Positions 49,106 to 51,123 of a stretch of DNA of 51,123 nt are shown piece after piece (position 1 is the stretch's first letter; every line of letters begins with the position of its first letter). The notes below the pieces were generated by a model that saw only the letters and a list, made by a program, of their open reading frames with translations, was not told the origin of the DNA and searched no databases. This DNA comes from Candidatus Micrarchaeota archaeon (GTDB taxonomy: Archaea > Micrarchaeota > Micrarchaeia > Micrarchaeales > CABMGC01), in NCBI GenBank assembly GCA_021827925.1, contig JAKATZ010000001.1:1-51123 (forward strand), read 5' to 3'. A program made the translations under genes and the position numbers.

Positions 49106-49195
49106 GTCATACCACACCGGGATAAGAACCAGGTAGAGATGCACTTAGGGGAATAAAAGCCTTTTGAAGGAATAGAACCGGGATGGCAGGAATTA

Positions 49196-49486
49196 TCATC
49201 GTGCGAGTTCAAGATGCCTCTGCGGCACTATGACCTGCCTTTTCATGGATTTTGAGACATCGAACTCGACAACATAAGCAGAGCCTCTCTTTTCTACTAT
49301 CTTTCCTATCCTGCCGCGGTATCTTGGATGGGGAATGTCACGGAAGTTACCCTTCGGAGTTATTACGACCATGCTTCCCAGATCCAGCCGCTTAACCAGA
49401 GAGGGTATGCCAAGGCTTGAAGGCTTGTTGTGCCTAGCCAAGTGTCTGCTTCTGCCAGAGAAAAGACCGTGTGAACGCTGCGACAT
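49196..49486 (-). CDS. rpl21e: 50S ribosomal protein L21e
   Basis: MSQRSHG...R, PHPRYRGRIG.IV.KRG.AY.V, V...HL. Confidence 0.95.
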   Translation of the reverse strand: MSQRSHGLFSGRSRHLARHNKPSSLGIPSLVKRLDLGSMVVITPKGNFRDIPHPRYRGRIGKIVEKRGSAYVVEFDVSKSMKRQVIVPQRHLELAR

Positions 49487-49585
49487 CTGCTCAACTCAAA
49501 ATCCAACATCAGATTGATGCATATCATTTATAGAAAAACATATAAATACCCTTTCATTGTATCATAACTGTTCCATAGTGGTTTG

Positions 49586-49903
49586 ATGAGCACTTCGGCT
49601 AAGCACAAAGGGATAACCCTCCATCCTGAATTCAAGATAGAGAACATTGTGGCGAGCGCAGACCTGGGAGTAGAACTTGACCTTTACGCGATAGCCAAAG
49701 CTTCTGCGGATGTGGACTACGAACCGGAACAGTTCCCTGGGGCTATATACAAGATCCATGACCCCAAGACGGCGCTCCTTCTTTTCAAGAATGGCAAGAT
49801 AATATGCACTGGTTCTAAGACTGAAGAAGACATAAAGAGAGCTATAGACCAGACCATCAAGACAGTGAAGAAGTTCGTGATAGTAAGGGATACTGCTTCC
49901 TGA
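49586..49903 (+). CDS. Single-repeat (half-size) TATA-box binding protein
   Basis: One TBP repeat: KIENIVAS.DL..ELDL, YEPEQFPG.IY....PK...LLFKNGKIICTG.K. 105 aa from the ATG at 49586. Confidence 0.9.
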   Translation: MSTSAKHKGITLHPEFKIENIVASADLGVELDLYAIAKASADVDYEPEQFPGAIYKIHDPKTALLLFKNGKIICTGSKTEEDIKRAIDQTIKTVKKFVIVRDTAS

Positions 49904-49988
49904 AAGTTCAGACGCTTTCTGCTACTAGTTTTTCTGCTTGCTAGCTTTGCACAGCAGCTTCAGGCACAGAAGATTGTAGTGTAGTTGC

Positions 49989-51123
49989 TCATGTACAGAG
50001 AGCATAATACCACTGCCCGGTCGCTGTGTTCGGCACAGCCTCGCAGGTTCCCGTGCATGAAGGATACCCTGCACTGTAGCAGGTTGTACAGCTAACGGAG
50101 TCGCATTGGGGTATAGTAGTTGTGGATGTTGATACCGATGTCGTACTTGAGGCAGTTGTAGTTGAAGTCGACTGGCAGCTTACCTGTACTGTCGCCTGAC
50201 CATATACAGCACTGTAGTCAGTTCCAACGGTACAGGTTCCTGCGACATTGTTATTGCACACAGGCGATGTACCCCCCTGCGCAGTCGAACCGTAAGTGTA
50301 GCAGCCCCACACAGCATAGGTTCCGGTCGGGTTGCTGGAGCAGGAAGTGGACTCGGAGCTGCATCCTGTCGCACCAGTTGCAAGGACAGGACACTGTATT
50401 CCAGGATACGTGGATCCTCCCTCATAGCATACTCCAGCGGTCAGCGGGGGAGTAGGACACGTATTAGACTCTGCGACATTAGGCGTGCAGCCGCACCCTG
50501 GAACAGAGCATCCAGTGAAAGGAGAGTAATACTGATTTTCTACCCCTCCTATTCCGAAACTTGATGTCCATTCAGTGTAGAACGAACCGCCTCCGCCTCC
50601 AGACACGCTTGTGGTCGTACTGACAGTGGTGGAGGTGGTTGATAGTGTGGAGGTGAATTCAGCCACAACAGTCACAGGACTGTCCATAGTTACTGTGACT
50701 GTGCTTGTAGTGTAGGTATTCATGCCGGATCCCGTTGTCACGACCCAGTCGGAGAAGCCGTAGCCTGCACTTGCAGACTGCGTAACTGTCACCTGCGTTC
50801 CGTAGCTATAGGTGCCGCTGCCCGGCGAAACAGTACCGCCAGTGCTTGGACTCGCGGAAGTATCAAGGGATTCGGAGAGCAGCTGAAACGCCGCAGTCTC
50901 CACAGTAGGACCCGTTATGGTTATAGTAGGAGAAGCGCTTGTGCCGGAGTAGCAGCCCGGACCGGAGCATGTCCATCCGGTGAACTCGTATCCGGTCGCA
51001 GGGGTCTCTCCGAGCGTTATCGAGCTGCCGTAGCTGTACGTTCCGCTGCCCGGGGAGACCGTGCCTCCTGAAGCAGGCACGGCATTTTCTGTGAACGATT
51101 CGGGTATTAGCTGGAAGTTGGCG
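49989..51123 (-). CDS. Large repetitive surface protein (InlB-B/bacterial-repeat-like units, Thr/Ser linker, Cys-rich C-terminus); 5' end outside window
   Basis: Repeated GGTVSPGSGTYSYG..T.......GY.F..W units. Frame stays open to the window edge. Confidence 0.85.
   Translation of the reverse strand, partial: ANFQLIPESFTENAVPASGGTVSPGSGTYSYGSSITLGETPATGYEFTGWTCSGPGCYSGTSASPTITITGPTVETAAFQLLSESLDTSASPSTGGTVSPGSGTYSYGTQVTVTQSASAGYGFSDWVVTTGSGMNTYTTSTVTVTMDSPVTVVAEFTSTLSTTSTTVSTTTSVSGGGGGSFYTEWTSSFGIGGVENQYYSPFTGCSVPGCGCTPNVAESNTCPTPPLTAGVCYEGGSTYPGIQCPVLATGATGCSSESTSCSSNPTGTYAVWGCYTYGSTAQGGTSPVCNNNVAGTCTVGTDYSAVYGQATVQVSCQSTSTTTASSTTSVSTSTTTIPQCDSVSCTTCYSAGYPSCTGTCEAVPNTATGQWYYALCT

Noticed and set aside
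12540..50455. Numerous short ORFs antisense to or nested in core genes
   Set aside because: Fully overlapped by well-supported genes; typical shadow ORFs.

Overview
Archaeal chromosome segment, most consistent with a DPANN (Micrarchaeota-like) genome. Evidence: archaeal SAM synthetase, pelota, Rpo4, eL21, a TBP domain, an intron-containing tRNA-Met, and several class III signal-peptide/LamG surface proteins. Bases 1-5657 are the end of an integrative element. It carries a tyrosine integrase that reads through a tRNA-Glu 3' half, a hairpin/repeat-rich non-coding block, and AT-rich defence cargo: a 4-TM protein, a putative HTH-Ig-TIR-TM protein and a fused Type IIG restriction-modification enzyme. 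Bases 5.7-12.4 kb are accessory metabolism (SAM synthetase, methyltransferases, DUF1338-like enzyme plus 2-hydroxyacid dehydrogenase) ending in a decayed copy of the integrase. The rest is mostly core genes: carAB, P5C-dehydrogenase-like ALDH, scpAB, msrAB, P-type H+-ATPase, rsmA, pelota, glycosylation genes, rpoF, rpl21e. The best leads are the TIR + 4TM candidate defence module, an unannotated 46-aa 11-Cys metallothionein-like ORF coupled to pelota, a stand-alone single-repeat TBP, and the unusual att/integrase configuration. All calls come from reading motifs by eye; no searches were run.
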